From: Thermodesulfobacteriota bacterium
GTDB taxonomy: Bacteria; Desulfobacterota_D; UBA1144; Nemesobacterales; JAJCZQ01
Length of the DNA: 64,000 nt
Direction: 5' to 3'
NCBI GenBank assembly: GCA_965215275.1
Contig: OZ244044.1
Coordinates: 384,001 to 448,000 of the forward strand
Shown here: piece after piece, positions 31,928 through 44,398 of the stretch
How the letters are laid out: every line of letters starts with the position of its first letter
Numbering within the stretch: the stretch's first letter is position 1
Translations under genes and position numbers: made by a program
Notes under the pieces: model-generated
What the model saw: only the letters and a program-made list of their open reading frames with translations
The model's database searches: none
What the model was told of the DNA's origin: nothing

Positions 31928-33187
31928 AAATTTAAATCTATCAGAGGATTTCACGACGTTCTGCCCGAGCAGGTTAAAAGATGGCAGTATATAGAAGGAT
32001 GTGCAAGGGATATTTTTGCCTCCTACGGGTTCAGTGAAATAAGGATACCCGTTCTTGAGTTCACCGATGTATTTCAGTCAGGAATAGGCGACGCCACGGA
32101 CATAGTTACAAAGGAGATGTACACCTTTGAGGACAGGGACGGTTCGTCCGTTACCCTTCGTCCTGAAGGGACCGCCGGCGTTGTCAGGTCGTACATTGAA
32201 AACTCCATGGGTAAAAAACACCCCACGACGAAGCTGTACTACATCGGTTCGATGTTCCGGCACGAAAGGCCGCAAAAAGGCAGGTACAGGGGTTTCACGC
32301 AGATAGGTTGTGAGTACTTCGGCTCAGCAAGTCCGAAAGCGGACGCAGAGACGGTATGCATGTTGTGGCGCTTTTTTGAAAGGACCGGTTTTGCAGGTTC
32401 CGTAAAGCTGGAAATAAACTCAGTTGGAGACGAGGTTTCCAGAAAAAATTACAAAAGCGCTCTGGTAGAGTTCCTCTCTCCACAGGGAGACAGGCTGTGC
32501 GAACAGTGCAGAAGAAAACTGACCGTCAACCCGCTGCGGATACTGGACTGCAAGAACGAAGGGTGCAGACGCCTTACCGAAGACGCTCCCGTTATAATTG
32601 ATCTTCTCACCCCTGAAAGCAAGGATCACTTCAGCAGACTGACAGATCTTTTAACTTCCCTGTCTATCCCCTTTGAGATCAACGGCAGGATAGTAAGGGG
32701 ACTTGACTACTACACTGAAACGGTGTTCGAACTTACCACCGGTCTGCTCGGTTCACAGAACGCGGTCGCGGCAGGGGGCAGATACAACGGTTTAGTAGAG
32801 CAGATGGGGGGTGCTTCCATGCCGGCTGTAGGTTTTGCACTTGGTCTTGAAAGAATGATCATACTGCACGAGCAACTGCAAAAAGACGGCTTTGAACAGG
32901 GTGCGGATGTTTTCATAGCATGGATGGGTGACAGGTCGTTCATTGAAGGAGCAAGGGTTGCAGACGAGATCAGGAAAAAAGGCAAAACAGTGGTTATGGA
33001 ACATGATCAGAAAAGCCTGAAAAGCCAGCTGAAAAAAGCCAACCGCTTAAATGCCGGATTTGCGATAATAATCGGCGAGGAAGAGATAAAGACCGGGACC
33101 CTTATCGTTCGTAATATGTCGGAAAGCAGTGAAGCAAGGGTAAGGATCGATGATCGGCAGAACATTTCCGCCTTAATAACCCCTTAA
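31925..33187 (+). CDS. hisS: Histidyl-tRNA synthetase
   Basis: [37 protein letters not shown] and GFALGLER motifs. Confidence 0.98.
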   Translation: MKFKSIRGFHDVLPEQVKRWQYIEGCARDIFASYGFSEIRIPVLEFTDVFQSGIGDATDIVTKEMYTFEDRDGSSVTLRPEGTAGVVRSYIENSMGKKHPTTKLYYIGSMFRHERPQKGRYRGFTQIGCEYFGSASPKADAETVCMLWRFFERTGFAGSVKLEINSVGDEVSRKNYKSALVEFLSPQGDRLCEQCRRKLTVNPLRILDCKNEGCRRLTEDAPVIIDLLTPESKDHFSRLTDLLTSLSIPFEINGRIVRGLDYYTETVFELTTGLLGSQNAVAAGGRYNGLVEQMGGASMPAVGFALGLERMIILHEQLQKDGFEQGADVFIAWMGDRSFIEGARVADEIRKKGKTVVMEHDQKSLKSQLKKANRLNAGFAIIIGEEEIKTGTLIVRNMSESSEARVRIDDRQNISALITP

Positions 33188-36100
33188 TAACCTAAGTTAG
33201 GCTGAAGCCATTTTTCCACTTCCCTGACCGTAAGACCTTTCCTTTTTGCATAATCCTCAACCTGATCTTTCTGGATCTTTCCCAGGTTGAAATATCTGGA
33301 CCCGGGATTTGCAAAATAATAACCTGAAACGGTGCTGCCCGGGGTCATGGCAAATGTCTCGGTAAGTCCCGCACCCGTATGCTTCTCTGCTTCGAGCATT
33401 TCCCACAGCTTTTCCTTTTCACTGTGATCGGGACAGGAAGGATAACCCGGAGCAGGCCTTATCCCGGTGTATTTCTGCTTTATGATATCCTCATTTGACA
33501 GCTTCTCATCTTTTGAATAACCCCATATTTCCTTTCTGATCCTTTCGTGGAACATTTCCGCCAGCCCTTCGGCCACCCTGTCACCAAGTGCCTGCACTAT
33601 GATGGAACTGTAGTCATCGTTCCTATCTTTATAAAAAGATGCAAGTTCGTCCACCTCTTCACCCGCCGTAACGACGAACGCTCCGATATGATCCGTGATC
33701 CCGCAGCCCTCGGGCGCGATAAAGTCCGACAGGCAGAAATACGTCTCATTCTCACCCCTGAACTGCTGCTGTCTCAGAAAGTTCAGACGGGTCAAAGTGG
33801 TCCGTTCCTCTGCGTTTCTGTAAACCCTGACGTCATCGCCCACGGAGTGAGCGGGCCATATCCCGAAAACGGCACCTGGCTTGAACCTTTTGTTCCTGGC
33901 AATGTCCTTCAGCAGTTTATTTGCATCGTCATAGAGCTGTCTGGCCTGCTTTCCGTAGTTCCTGTTCTCAAATATTTTAGGAAATACCCCCTTTAATTCC
34001 CAGACCCAGAAGAACGGCGACCAGTCAAAATATTTTATTACCTCATCAATGGACACGTCTTTAACGGTATGGACCCCGAGGGTCTGGGGCTTTATGACCG
34101 CCTCTTTTTTCCAGTCCACTTCAAACTTCTTTTCCCTGGCCTCATGTACAGTGATGTATACCTTCTCCACGGAACTTTCAACGTGAAGCCGTCTTATCCT
34201 GTCCTGGTCCTCTCTCAACCTTGTTCTGTAATCATCCGCTTTCTTCGGACTTAAGAGGTCGTTGCACACGCCGACCACTAAGGAGGCGTCCTGAACGTGG
34301 TCAACGACTCCTCCGTACTGCGGAGCTATTTTAATAGCGGTATGAGCGCTGCTGGTAGTAGCCCCTCCTATTAAAAGGGGTATATCGAACTTCTGCCTCT
34401 CCATCTCGGACGCATTGTGGATCATCTCGTCCAGAGAAGGGGTTATCAGACCGCTAAGTCCTATTATGTTCGCCCCTGCATCTCTGGCAGTGCTCAGTAT
34501 CTGATCACATGAGACCATGACCCCCAGATCTATGACCTCATAGTTGTTGCAGCTGAGAACGACCGAGACGATGTTCTTTCCAATGTCGTGAACGTCCCCT
34601 TTGACCGTAGCTATAACGAACTTACCCCTTGTACTTCTGGTACTGCTGACCTTGCTCTTCTCCATAAAAGGTTCAAGGTAAGCGACCGCTTTCTTCATCA
34701 CCCTGGCACTTTTTACCACCTGAGGAAGGAACATCTTTCCCTGTCCGAAAAGGTCCCCTACTGTTTTCATACCGTCCATAAGAGGTCCTTCGATGACCTT
34801 CAGGGGTTGCCCGTACTTCGTTCTTGCTTCTTCCGTATCCTGATCGACAAAATTAGAAATACCATTGATCAGAGAGTACCTGAGCCTTTCCTCCACCGGG
34901 TCGTTTCTCCACTTCTTATCGTCCTTTTTACCGTCTGAACCCTTAACCCCTATAAACTGCCGTGCATGATCCACGAGAACTTCTATGGCATCAGGACCTT
35001 TATTGAGCAATACGTTCTCGACCTTCTCTAATAGTTCTTTATCCACGTCGTCATAAATGGCAAGCATCCCCGCGTTCACTATCCCCATGTCCAGACCGGC
35101 CTTTATTGCATGGTATAAGAACGCACTGTGCATGGCATCTCTTACGACGTTGTTCCCGCGAAATGAGAACGATATATTGCTGACCCCTCCGCTCGTGAGC
35201 GACCCTGGACATCTGTTCTTTATTTCCCCGACGGCGTTTATGAAATTAACCGCATAGTTGTTATGCTCCTCTATACCGGTCGCCACCGTAAGGATGTTCG
35301 GATCAAAGATTATATCGGTCGGGTCCATTCCGACCTTTTCGGTAAGAATTCCGTAAGCCCTTTCACAGATCCTGACCTTGTCCTCCAGTTCCGCTGCCTG
35401 TCCGTTCTCGTCAAACGCCATGACCACTGCGGCCGCACCGTATTTCATTACCGTTCTGGCCTGCTGGACGAAGGTCTCCTCCCCTTCCTTAAGACTTATT
35501 GAGTTCACTATGCATTTCCCCTGTACGCACCTGAGGCCGGCTTCTATCACTGAGAACCTGGAACTGTCGATCATTATCGGTACTTTTGCAATATCGGGTT
35601 CGGAGGCGATCAGCCTTAAGAATCTCTCCATACAGTTCTCGCTGTCCAGAAGACCTTCATCGAAATTGACGTCAATTATGTTCGCACCGTTTTCCACCTG
35701 CTGCATTGCAACGCCGCTCGCCGATTCCAGATCGTCCTCTTTTATCAGTTTTTCAAACTTCTTTGAACCAGTAACGTTCGTTCTTTCACCCACCATGATG
35801 AACGAAGATCCCTTTTCAGACCTGATGGTCAGAGGTTCAAGTCCACTTACCTGGGTGACGGGTTCTATCCGGGGAACGCGCCTGGGAGTAACATCCTTTA
35901 TACCGTTCACGATGCTTTTAATATGCTCAGGGGTGGTACCGCAGCAGCCGCCAACTATGTTTAAAAAACCACTTTCTCCAAACTCTTTTAACAGACCGGC
36001 GGTAATTTCAGGTGTCTGGTCGTAGCCGGTCTCGCTAAGGGGATTGGGCAGTCCGGCATTGGGATAGCAGCTTATATAACAATCTGCAATGCTGGAAAGT

Positions 36101-36897
36101 TCCTCAATATAGGGACGCATATCTTCTGCACCCAGTGCACAGTTTATACCCACGCTTAAAGGACGGGCGTGCCTGACGGAGTTCCAGAACGCGCCTATGG
36201 TCTGTCCGGATAACGTTCTGCCGGACCTGTCCGTTATAGTTACGGACAACATCACGGGCAATCTTTTACCATAGCTTTCAAAAAGATCCTCTATGGCGTA
36301 TATAGCCGCTTTTAAATTAAGGGTGTCAAAAGTGGTTTCAGGAAGAAGTATGTCCACACCTCCCTCTACCAGTGCCTCCACCTGCTCGTAGTATGCCTCG
36401 GAGAGCTGCTGAAACGTCACCGCTCTGTATGCCGGATTGTTCACGTCAGGCGACATTGACGCGGTTTTATTCGTCGGTCCGATGGCGCCGGCGACAAAGC
36501 ATTGTCTGCCCGGGTATTTGTACATTATTTCGCCTGCAGCTTTTTTTGCCAGCTTTGCCGATTCAACGTTCAGTTCCTTTACCATATCCTCAAGTCCATA
36601 GTCAGCCTGGGCAATTCCCGTGGAACTGAAAGTATTGGTCTCAACTATATCGGCACCTGCTTCAAAATATTGCACGTGTATATCGTGTATAACGTCCGGC
36701 CGCGTTAAAGACAGAAGATCGTTATTACCCTTGAGATCAATATGGTGATTTTCTAAAGGACCGTCTCTAAAGTCTGCCTCTTCAAGTTCGTACCTCTGGA
36801 TCATCGTTCCCATAGCACCGTCAAGAAACAGTATCTTTCTCCGTAACAGGTCCTCCAGAAGTTTATAGGTTTTTGTTTTAGGGATTTTTTTTGACAT
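33184..36897 (-). CDS. metH: Cobalamin-dependent methionine synthase
   Basis: [36 protein letters not shown] and RPAPGYP motifs. Confidence 0.98.
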   Translation of the reverse strand: MSKKIPKTKTYKLLEDLLRRKILFLDGAMGTMIQRYELEEADFRDGPLENHHIDLKGNNDLLSLTRPDVIHDIHVQYFEAGADIVETNTFSSTGIAQADYGLEDMVKELNVESAKLAKKAAGEIMYKYPGRQCFVAGAIGPTNKTASMSPDVNNPAYRAVTFQQLSEAYYEQVEALVEGGVDILLPETTFDTLNLKAAIYAIEDLFESYGKRLPVMLSVTITDRSGRTLSGQTIGAFWNSVRHARPLSVGINCALGAEDMRPYIEELSSIADCYISCYPNAGLPNPLSETGYDQTPEITAGLLKEFGESGFLNIVGGCCGTTPEHIKSIVNGIKDVTPRRVPRIEPVTQVSGLEPLTIRSEKGSSFIMVGERTNVTGSKKFEKLIKEDDLESASGVAMQQVENGANIIDVNFDEGLLDSENCMERFLRLIASEPDIAKVPIMIDSSRFSVIEAGLRCVQGKCIVNSISLKEGEETFVQQARTVMKYGAAAVVMAFDENGQAAELEDKVRICERAYGILTEKVGMDPTDIIFDPNILTVATGIEEHNNYAVNFINAVGEIKNRCPGSLTSGGVSNISFSFRGNNVVRDAMHSAFLYHAIKAGLDMGIVNAGMLAIYDDVDKELLEKVENVLLNKGPDAIEVLVDHARQFIGVKGSDGKKDDKKWRNDPVEERLRYSLINGISNFVDQDTEEARTKYGQPLKVIEGPLMDGMKTVGDLFGQGKMFLPQVVKSARVMKKAVAYLEPFMEKSKVSSTRSTRGKFVIATVKGDVHDIGKNIVSVVLSCNNYEVIDLGVMVSCDQILSTARDAGANIIGLSGLITPSLDEMIHNASEMERQKFDIPLLIGGATTSSAHTAIKIAPQYGGVVDHVQDASLVVGVCNDLLSPKKADDYRTRLREDQDRIRRLHVESSVEKVYITVHEAREKKFEVDWKKEAVIKPQTLGVHTVKDVSIDEVIKYFDWSPFFWVWELKGVFPKIFENRNYGKQARQLYDDANKLLKDIARNKRFKPGAVFGIWPAHSVGDDVRVYRNAEERTTLTRLNFLRQQQFRGENETYFCLSDFIAPEGCGITDHIGAFVVTAGEEVDELASFYKDRNDDYSSIIVQALGDRVAEGLAEMFHERIRKEIWGYSKDEKLSNEDIIKQKYTGIRPAPGYPSCPDHSEKEKLWEMLEAEKHTGAGLTETFAMTPGSTVSGYYFANPGSRYFNLGKIQKDQVEDYAKRKGLTVREVEKWLQPNLGY

Positions 36898-37640
36898 TAC
36901 CGGAAAATAAAACGAGCAGTTAATTTATCGTTATTGATCATTTTAAAACTATATTCTTATTTCAACGGTCAGGGAATTATATACTTTAGTACAAAATAAC
37001 ATAACTGATTAGCTCGGCCGTCTCTCGGCCTTTAAATAAACTCGTCTTTGGAAGCAAGTATTGGAGTTTTCCTAGTAAAACGTTTTAAATCTGCCAGCAG
37101 GTGGCACCGGTCTATTTCTTTCCCTGCTACAAAGCAGATTAACCCTGCATGCTCTAATACTTAAACCGTGGAGGTAAAAGTATTACCAGTCGAATCGCGC
37201 CAGAAACCTTTTATTCACCCCTGCTCCTGCAAGGGCCTGCTTTGCAAACCCTAAATACTCTCTTGTTGCAATCTGTTTTCGCAAATACAATACCAACGGC
37301 AGAACCTTCTACGCCATCTTCCCGAATAATATCATCTTCAAACGATTGTCATCAAGTACTTGCAAGGTAGCAGTTTTCATTACTTGGACCAAAGAACTGA
37401 ACTCCTCAATTTCCTCCGGCATCTCCAGTAGTAGTGTCTGAAATGTCAGTTATGGCAGTAGTTCCAGAATAAAGTAATGCATCTTGACCCGTCCCTGCTG
37501 TAACTTGATTAAGAGTTACCGTAACTGCAGTTCCAATGGTATGCTTGCAAGTTTTGGGAATTATATATTTAAATAAAAAAAGGAATAATCCCTTCATGCT
37601 GAAAATCTTTATCATTGTAAAAAGGGAAAGAAGTTCATAC

Positions 37641-37725
37641 TTGACATTAGTTCATAATACGAAGTAAAATATCAGCATTGTGAAAAATTCAAACATAAAA
37701 ACGCGTAGTTCCATTACCCCCCCCC
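37641..37725 (+). promoter_or_regulatory. Promoter TTGACA-N18-TAAAAT, GTG 37680, and a C9 tract (37717..37725)
   Basis: Leader MKNSNIKTRSSITPP is homologous to the B, C and F leaders; C10 would be in frame. Confidence 0.72.
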
Positions 37726-40051
37726 ATCTAAGTCAGTCCTTGCTTTGATCTTGTTTATTCTGTGCATTATTCCTATGGCTGCAAAAGTAGAGAGCAGCGA
37801 AAAAGACCCATTATCTGAATGCAGGGGTATCAGTTCAGACGCGGAAGGTCCGCTGTACGGATGTCAGTGGCATCTGAGGAACACTGGGCAGCCCGGTTTT
37901 TCCGGAAAGGGAATGACTGCGGGAGAGGATATAAACGTGGAGGGAGTGTGGAACGACGGGATATCCGGTGCCGGGATTAACGTGGCAATAGCAAGTGACG
38001 GCATTGACCTTTCACATGAGGACCTTTCTGCGAACGTCCGTTCCGGACCTAACTGCAGTTTTTCTGAAAAGAACGGTTCAGAAGGGAACGGTCCTTCCGA
38101 CGGTCCATCCCTTTCCGGAACGCGGGCTGCAGGCGTAATAGCAGCATCCGGATACAACGGGTCGGGAGCAAGGGGAGTTGCACCCGGTGCGAACATATGC
38201 AGTTACAGGTTATCCGGTGATCCCGGTGAAGCGGACGCAATGGTCCGCAACAATGAAATAACTGCAGTGTCCGTCAGCGACCGGGGACGGGAGGACGGAG
38301 TTTTTCTTCAGAGTGCTTCAGCTGAGTGGGAAGAGGGAGTGGAAGAGGGTATAAGGGAAGGGTTTTACGGTAAAGGGGTATTTTACGTCCGGGGAGCAGG
38401 GGACGGGCACGAGAATAACGATCAGGCCGGTTTTAATGAACATTCGAATTACCATGGCGTAACCGCGGTGTGTTCAACTGACGGTTCTGGAAAGAAGAGT
38501 TTATTTTCAGAAGAGGGAGTGAATCTTTGGGTATGTGCACCGGGTTCCGATATCGTGACCACGGATAACGGTGGCGGCTACGCCGCGGCTTCCGGAACGT
38601 TCCTTTCAGCAGCACAGGCAGCAGGGGTGGCGGCACTGCTGAGAGAGATAAACGACCAGCTGAGCTGGAGGGATATAAAACTTATACTTGCGGGTTCAGC
38701 ACGGCAGAACGACGTTTCTGATCCGAGCTGGGAGACAGGAGCGGTAAAATACGGTTCCGACGTGGAAAGATACAGATACAGTAATAAGTATGGTTTTGGC
38801 GTGGTGGACGCGGAGGCAGCCACAGAACTTGCCGGAAACTGGAAAGGCGTAGGTGAAATGAGGACCGTTACAGCTTCTTCAGATAATGAACTGACGATCC
38901 CTGATGGAGAAGGAGAGGCGGACGGGGTCCCTGTTTCCGGACTTGTGATACCTGACCTTGAAAAAATAACGTTTACGGAGTTCGTTGAGGTGGAGCTTGT
39001 TTTCTCTTGTGGCTGCCTGCAGGACCTCAATATACAGATAACCTCTCCTTCCGGGACAACGTCCGAGCTTGTGCGGGAGTTTGCAAGGGGACCTTCAGCT
39101 GAGTCAGAAGACGACTGCGTCAGTTACCTGAGAAAAAAACATCGTTTCGGGTCGGCAAAACACCTCGGAGAAGACCCTTCCGGAGAATGGACCCTTGGGA
39201 TCTCCGATACTGCTTCCGGAGATGAAGAAGATGCAGAAAATACGGGGACCTTACACTCCTGGAGCATTAAGGTATACGGACATATTTTTTATCAGGGACC
39301 TGGCAGTGAGGCAGGTCCTAAACATCATGATGTAAGTTTTGGTGGTCAGACAGTTCAGGATCAGGTGTATACAGCAGGGGTCCAGATAACACCATTAGCG
39401 ATGCCTCTTGCAACAGGAGGGACACACAGTTTAACTCCTGCCTTACCTGATGGATTGAAGATTGAATTCACGGCCATGTTAGGAACACCAACTACTCCGA
39501 CGCAAAAGACTCTTTATACATGGACTGCTACACATTCAGGTGGAGATACGGATAGTCTAACGTTCAATATCAGGGTAAAGGGTACTGCAGGTGCTCCGAC
39601 CTTCGGCGGTGAGATGGTAGATGCTCAGGTGTTCATGACAGGGAGTCCAATAACACCGGTAACGTTGCCCGTGGCAACGGGAGGGGATTCTCCGTTAACT
39701 TACAGTATAAATCCCGCTTTACCGACTGGATTGGATTTCACCCCTGCTACCCGAGAGATAAGCGGCACACCGACTGCTGCGGTGAGCAGGACGGTTTATA
39801 CGTATACCGTAATGGACGCAGATGGAGACACGGCTGATCTGATGTTCGGTATCAGGGTAGTGAATCGTCCACCAGATACTGAAGTTGGTGGAGGTGGAGG
39901 AGGATGTGCTGTCTCCGAGCAGAGCAGCGTTGCTTCTGATATTCTCGGAGTAATGGCATGTTTGATGCTGATACCCGTATCAGTAGTGATCAGAAGGAAG
40001 AGAAGGTCTAAGATAAAGACTTGGCAATACTGTCCTTTCAAAGGCACCTGA
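37680..40051 (+). CDS. Paralog D: dead S8 + P + two Ig repeats + anchor; phase-OFF from GTG 37680 (ORF track start TTG 37745)
   Basis: VAIASDG / SGTRAAG / SGTFLSA; N-terminal 1.47 kb near-identical to F; 3' end identical to E. Confidence 0.85.
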
Positions 40052-41177
40052 CGGGTGAAATTTTCCGTCAGTATATCTATAGGTTGCTGATGTCGTACCT
40101 GTAGTTTATGCTTTCAATGAAAAAGATATATACACCATTATTAACAGCAAATATCAATTCGTTGAATAGAACGGGTGTATTACGCCATATGTTTTATGCC
40201 CAGATTTTTTCAAGTATGATTTGCAAGGCGTGGTAGATCATCAGTCAGGAAATGGTCGTCTGGAAAGCATAAAATACAATTCCCCAGCGAATATCAAGCA
40301 ATGATAGGGGTCATCTGCGTTTTATATGTCCAATACGAGCAAATCACCGGGTTCAAATTGTCTGGAATTTTTAATAGTTTACCCCTGTCGGTATCATAAG
40401 CATTTCCAGGATATTGAAATACAGATAAGGTATTTTCCATAACTGCATTGTCTTTTTTACCAACATCAATATAGGATACTTATTCATAAACACTTCTGAT
40501 ATAAAAAGGGGTTCCGATGGTTTTAATAACGAGAGAGATATGTAGAAACACATTAGTGGCTTCTGAGAAATTTAATGGTTAACGGATTTATAATTACTAA
40601 GTCTTTATCTGAGACCTGCTCTTCCTTCTGATCACTACTGACACAGGTATCAGCATCAGACATGCTATTACTCCGAACAGTCCAGAAACAACGTCGTTCT
40701 GGTCGGAAATTGCACATCCTCGCTTGATATTCGCTGGGGAATTGTATTTTATGCTTTCCAGACGACCATTTCCTGACTGATGATCTACCACGCCTTGCAA
40801 ATCATACTTGAAAAAATCTGGGCATAAAACATATGGCGTAATACACCCGTTCTATTCAACGAATTGATATTTGCTGTTAATAATGGTGTATATATCTTTT
40901 TCATTGAAAGCATAAACTACAGGTACGACATCAGCAACCTATAGATATACTGACGGAAAATTTCACCCGTCAGGTGCCTTTGAAAGGACAGTATTGCCAA
41001 GTCTTTATCTTAGACCTTCTCTTCCTTCTGATCACTACTGATACGGGTATCAGCATCAAACATGCCATTACTCCGAGAATATCAGAAGCAACGCTGCTCT
41101 GCTCGGAGACAGCACATCCTCCTCCACCTCCACCAACTTCAGTATCTGGTGGACGATTCACTACCCTGATACCGAAC
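39844..41177. repeat. 456-bp inverted repeat (39844..40299 / 40722..41177) with a 422-bp spacer
   Basis: Anchor-coding ends of D and E plus about 250 bp of 3' non-coding DNA are reverse complements. Confidence 0.92.
40597..40721 (-). pseudogene. Orphan C-terminal anchor cassette
   Basis: Reads RGCAISDQNDVVSGLFGVIACLMLIPVSVVIRRKSRSQIKT* with no upstream body. Confidence 0.75.
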
Positions 41178-43630
41178 GTCAGATCATCCGTATCCCCATC
41201 TTCATCCGTTACAGTATATGTATAAGCCGTTCTGCTCGCTGCAGTGGTCGGTGTCCCGCTTATCACTCGGGTATCAGGATCAAAGTCCAGTCCAGTCGGT
41301 AATGGAGGCGTTATACTGTAAGTTAATGGAGCATTCCCTCCCGCTGCCTCAGGCAGTGTTACCGGAAGGTTTGTTGCTGTTCCTGCTATGTACTCCTGAT
41401 CATCTATCGTATCACTGAAGCCTGGCACTTCGTTTGCAGCTATTGTGATACCGAACGTCAGATCATCCGTATCCCCATCTTCATCCGTTACAGTATATGT
41501 ATAAGCCGTTCTGCTCGCTGCAGTGGTCGGTGTCCCGCTTATCACTCGGGTATCAGGATCAAAGTCCAGTCCAGTCGGTAATGGAGGCGTTATACTGTAA
41601 GTTAATGGAGCATTCCCTCCAGCTGCCTCAGGCAGTGTTACCGGAAGGTTTGTTGCTGTTCCTGCTATGTACTCCTGATCATCTATCGTATCACTGAAGC
41701 CTGGCACTTCGTTTGCAGCTATTGTGATACCGAACGTCAGATCATCCGTATCCCCATCTTCATCCGTTACAGTATATGTATAAGCCGTTCTGCTCGCTGC
41801 AGTGGTCGGTGTCCCGCTTATCACTCGGGTATCAGGATCAAAGTCCAGTCCAGTCGGTAATGGAGGCGTTATACTGTAAGTTAATGGAGCATTCCCTCCC
41901 GCTGCCTCAGGCAGTGTTACCGGAAGGTTTGTTGCTGTTCCTGCTATGTACTCCTGATCATCTATCGTATCACTGAAGCCTGGCACTTCGTTTGCAGCTA
42001 TTGTGATACCGAACGTCAGATCATCCGTATCCCCATCTTCATCCGTTACAGTATATGTATAAGCCGTTCTGCTCGCTGCAGTGGTCGGTGTCCCGCTTAT
42101 CACTCGGGTATCAGGATCAAAGTCCAGTCCAGTCGGTAATGGAGGCGTTATACTGTAAGTTAATGGAGCATTCCCTCCAGCTGCCTCAGGCAGTGTTACC
42201 GGAAGGTTTGTTGCTGTTCCTGCTATGTACTCCTGATCATCTATCGTATCACTGAAGCCTGGCACTTCGTTTGCAGCTATTGTGATACCGAACGTCAGAT
42301 CATCCGTATCCCCATCTTCATCCGTTACAGTATATGTATAAGCCGTTCTGCTCGCTGCAGTGGTCGGTGTCCCGCTTATCACTCGGGTATCAGGATCAAA
42401 GTCCAGTCCAGTCGGTAATGGAGGCGTTATACTGTAAGTTAATGGAGCATTCCCTCCCGCTGCCTCAGGCAGTGTTACCGGAAGGTTTGTTGCTGTTCCT
42501 GCTACGTACTCCTGATCATCTATCGTATCACTGAAGCCTGGCACTTCGTTTGCAGCTATTGTGATACCGAACGTCAGATCATCCGTATCCCCATCTTCAT
42601 CCGTTACAGTATATGTATAAGCCGTTCTGCTCGCTGCAGTGGTCGGTGTCCCGCTTATCACTCGGGTATCAGGATCAAAGTCCAGTCCAGTCGGTAATGG
42701 AGGCGTTATACTGTAAGTTAATGGAGCATTCCCTCCCGCTGCCTCAGGCAGTGTTACCGGAAGGTTTGTTGCTGTTCCTGCTATGTACTCCTGATCATCT
42801 ATCGTATCACTGAAGCCTGGCACTTCGTTTGCAGCTATTGTGATACCGAACGTCAGATCATCCGTATCCCCATCTTCATCCGTTACAGTATATGTATAAG
42901 CCGTTCTGCTCGCTGCAGTGGTCGGTGTCCCGCTTATCACTCGGGTATCAGGATCAAAGTCCAGTCCAGTCGGTAATGGAGGCGTTATACTGTAAGTTAA
43001 TGGAGCATTCCCTCCCGCTGCCTCAGGCAGTGTTACCGGAAGGTTTGTTGCTGTTCCTGCTATGTACTCCTGATCATCTATCGTATCACTGAAGCCTGGC
43101 ACTTCGTTTGCAGCTATTGTGATACCGAACGTCAGATCATCCGTATCCCCATCTTCATCCGTTACAGTATATGTATAAGCCGTTCTGCTCGCTGCAGTGG
43201 TCGGTGTCCCGCTTATCACTCGGGTATCAGGATCAAAGTCCAGTCCAGTCGGTAATGGAGGCGTTATACTGTAAGTTAATGGAGCATTCCCTCCCGCTGC
43301 CTCAGGCAGTGTTACCGGAAGGTTTGTTGCTGTTCCTGCTACGTACTCCTGATCATCTATCGTATCACTGAAGCCTGGCACTTCGTTTGCAGCTATTGTG
43401 ATACCGAACGTCAGATCATCCGTATCCCCATCTTCATCCGTTACAGTATATGTATAAGCCGTTCTGCTCGCTGCAGTGGTCGGTGTCCCGCTTATCACTC
43501 GGGTATCAGGATCAAAGTCCAGTCCAGTCGGTAATGGAGGCGTTATACTGTAAGTTAATGGAGCATTCCCTCCCGCTGCCTCAGGCAGTGTTACCGGAAG
43601 GTTTGTTGCTGTTCCTGCTATGTACTCCTG
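40970..43630 (-). pseudogene. 3' part of paralog E (Ig repeats + anchor) disconnected by a frameshift
   Basis: A 26-bp deletion at about 43630 in one repeat unit shifts the frame; ORF track entry 40970..43498. Confidence 0.85.
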
Positions 43631-44398
43631 GCACTTCGTTTGCAGCTATTGTGATACCGAACGTCAGATCATCCGTATCCCCATCTTCATCCGTTACAGT
43701 ATATGTATAAGCCGTTCTGCTCGCTGCAGTGGTCGGTGTCCCGCTTATCACTCGGGTATCAGGATCAAAGTCCAGTCCAGTCGGTAATGGAGGCGTTATA
43801 CTGTAAGTTAATGGAGCATTCCCTCCCGCTGCCTCAGGCAGTGTTACCGGAAGGTTTGTTGCTGTTCCTGCTATGTACTCCTGATCATCTATCGTATCAC
43901 TGAAGCCTGGCACTTCGTTTGCAGCTATTGTGATACCGAACGTCAGATCATCCGTATCCCCATCTTCATCCGTTACAGTATATGTATAAGCCGTTCTGCT
44001 CGCTGCAGTGGTCGGTGTCCCGCTTATCACTCGGGTATCAGGATCAAAGTCCAGTCCAGTCGGTAATGGAGGCGTTATACTGTAAGTTAATGGAGCATTC
44101 CCTCCCGCTGCCTCAGGCAGTGTTACCGGAAGGTTTGTTGCTGTTCCTGCTATGTACTCCTGATCATCTATCGTATCACTGAAGCCTGGCACTTCGTTTG
44201 CAGCTATTGTGATACCGAACGTCAGATCATCCGTATCCCCATCTTCATCCGTTACAGTATATGTATAAGCCGTTCTGCTCGCTGCAGTGGTCGGTGTCCC
44301 GCTTATCACTCGGGTATCAGGATCAAAGTCCAGTCCAGTCGGTAATGGAGGCGTTATACTGTAAGTTAATGGAGCATTCCCTCCAGCTGCCTCAGGCA
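41168..44398. repeat. 279-bp (93-aa) tandem array, about 11.7 units, one unit 253 bp
   Basis: Antisense ORF starts recur every 279 bp except 43450 to 43703 (253 bp). Confidence 0.97.

Noticed and set aside
37080..37545. Possible decayed adhesin (Calx-beta-like) fragment and the 37406..37615 ORF
   Set aside because: Only weak fragments (KTATLQVLDD) across broken frames; too little to call
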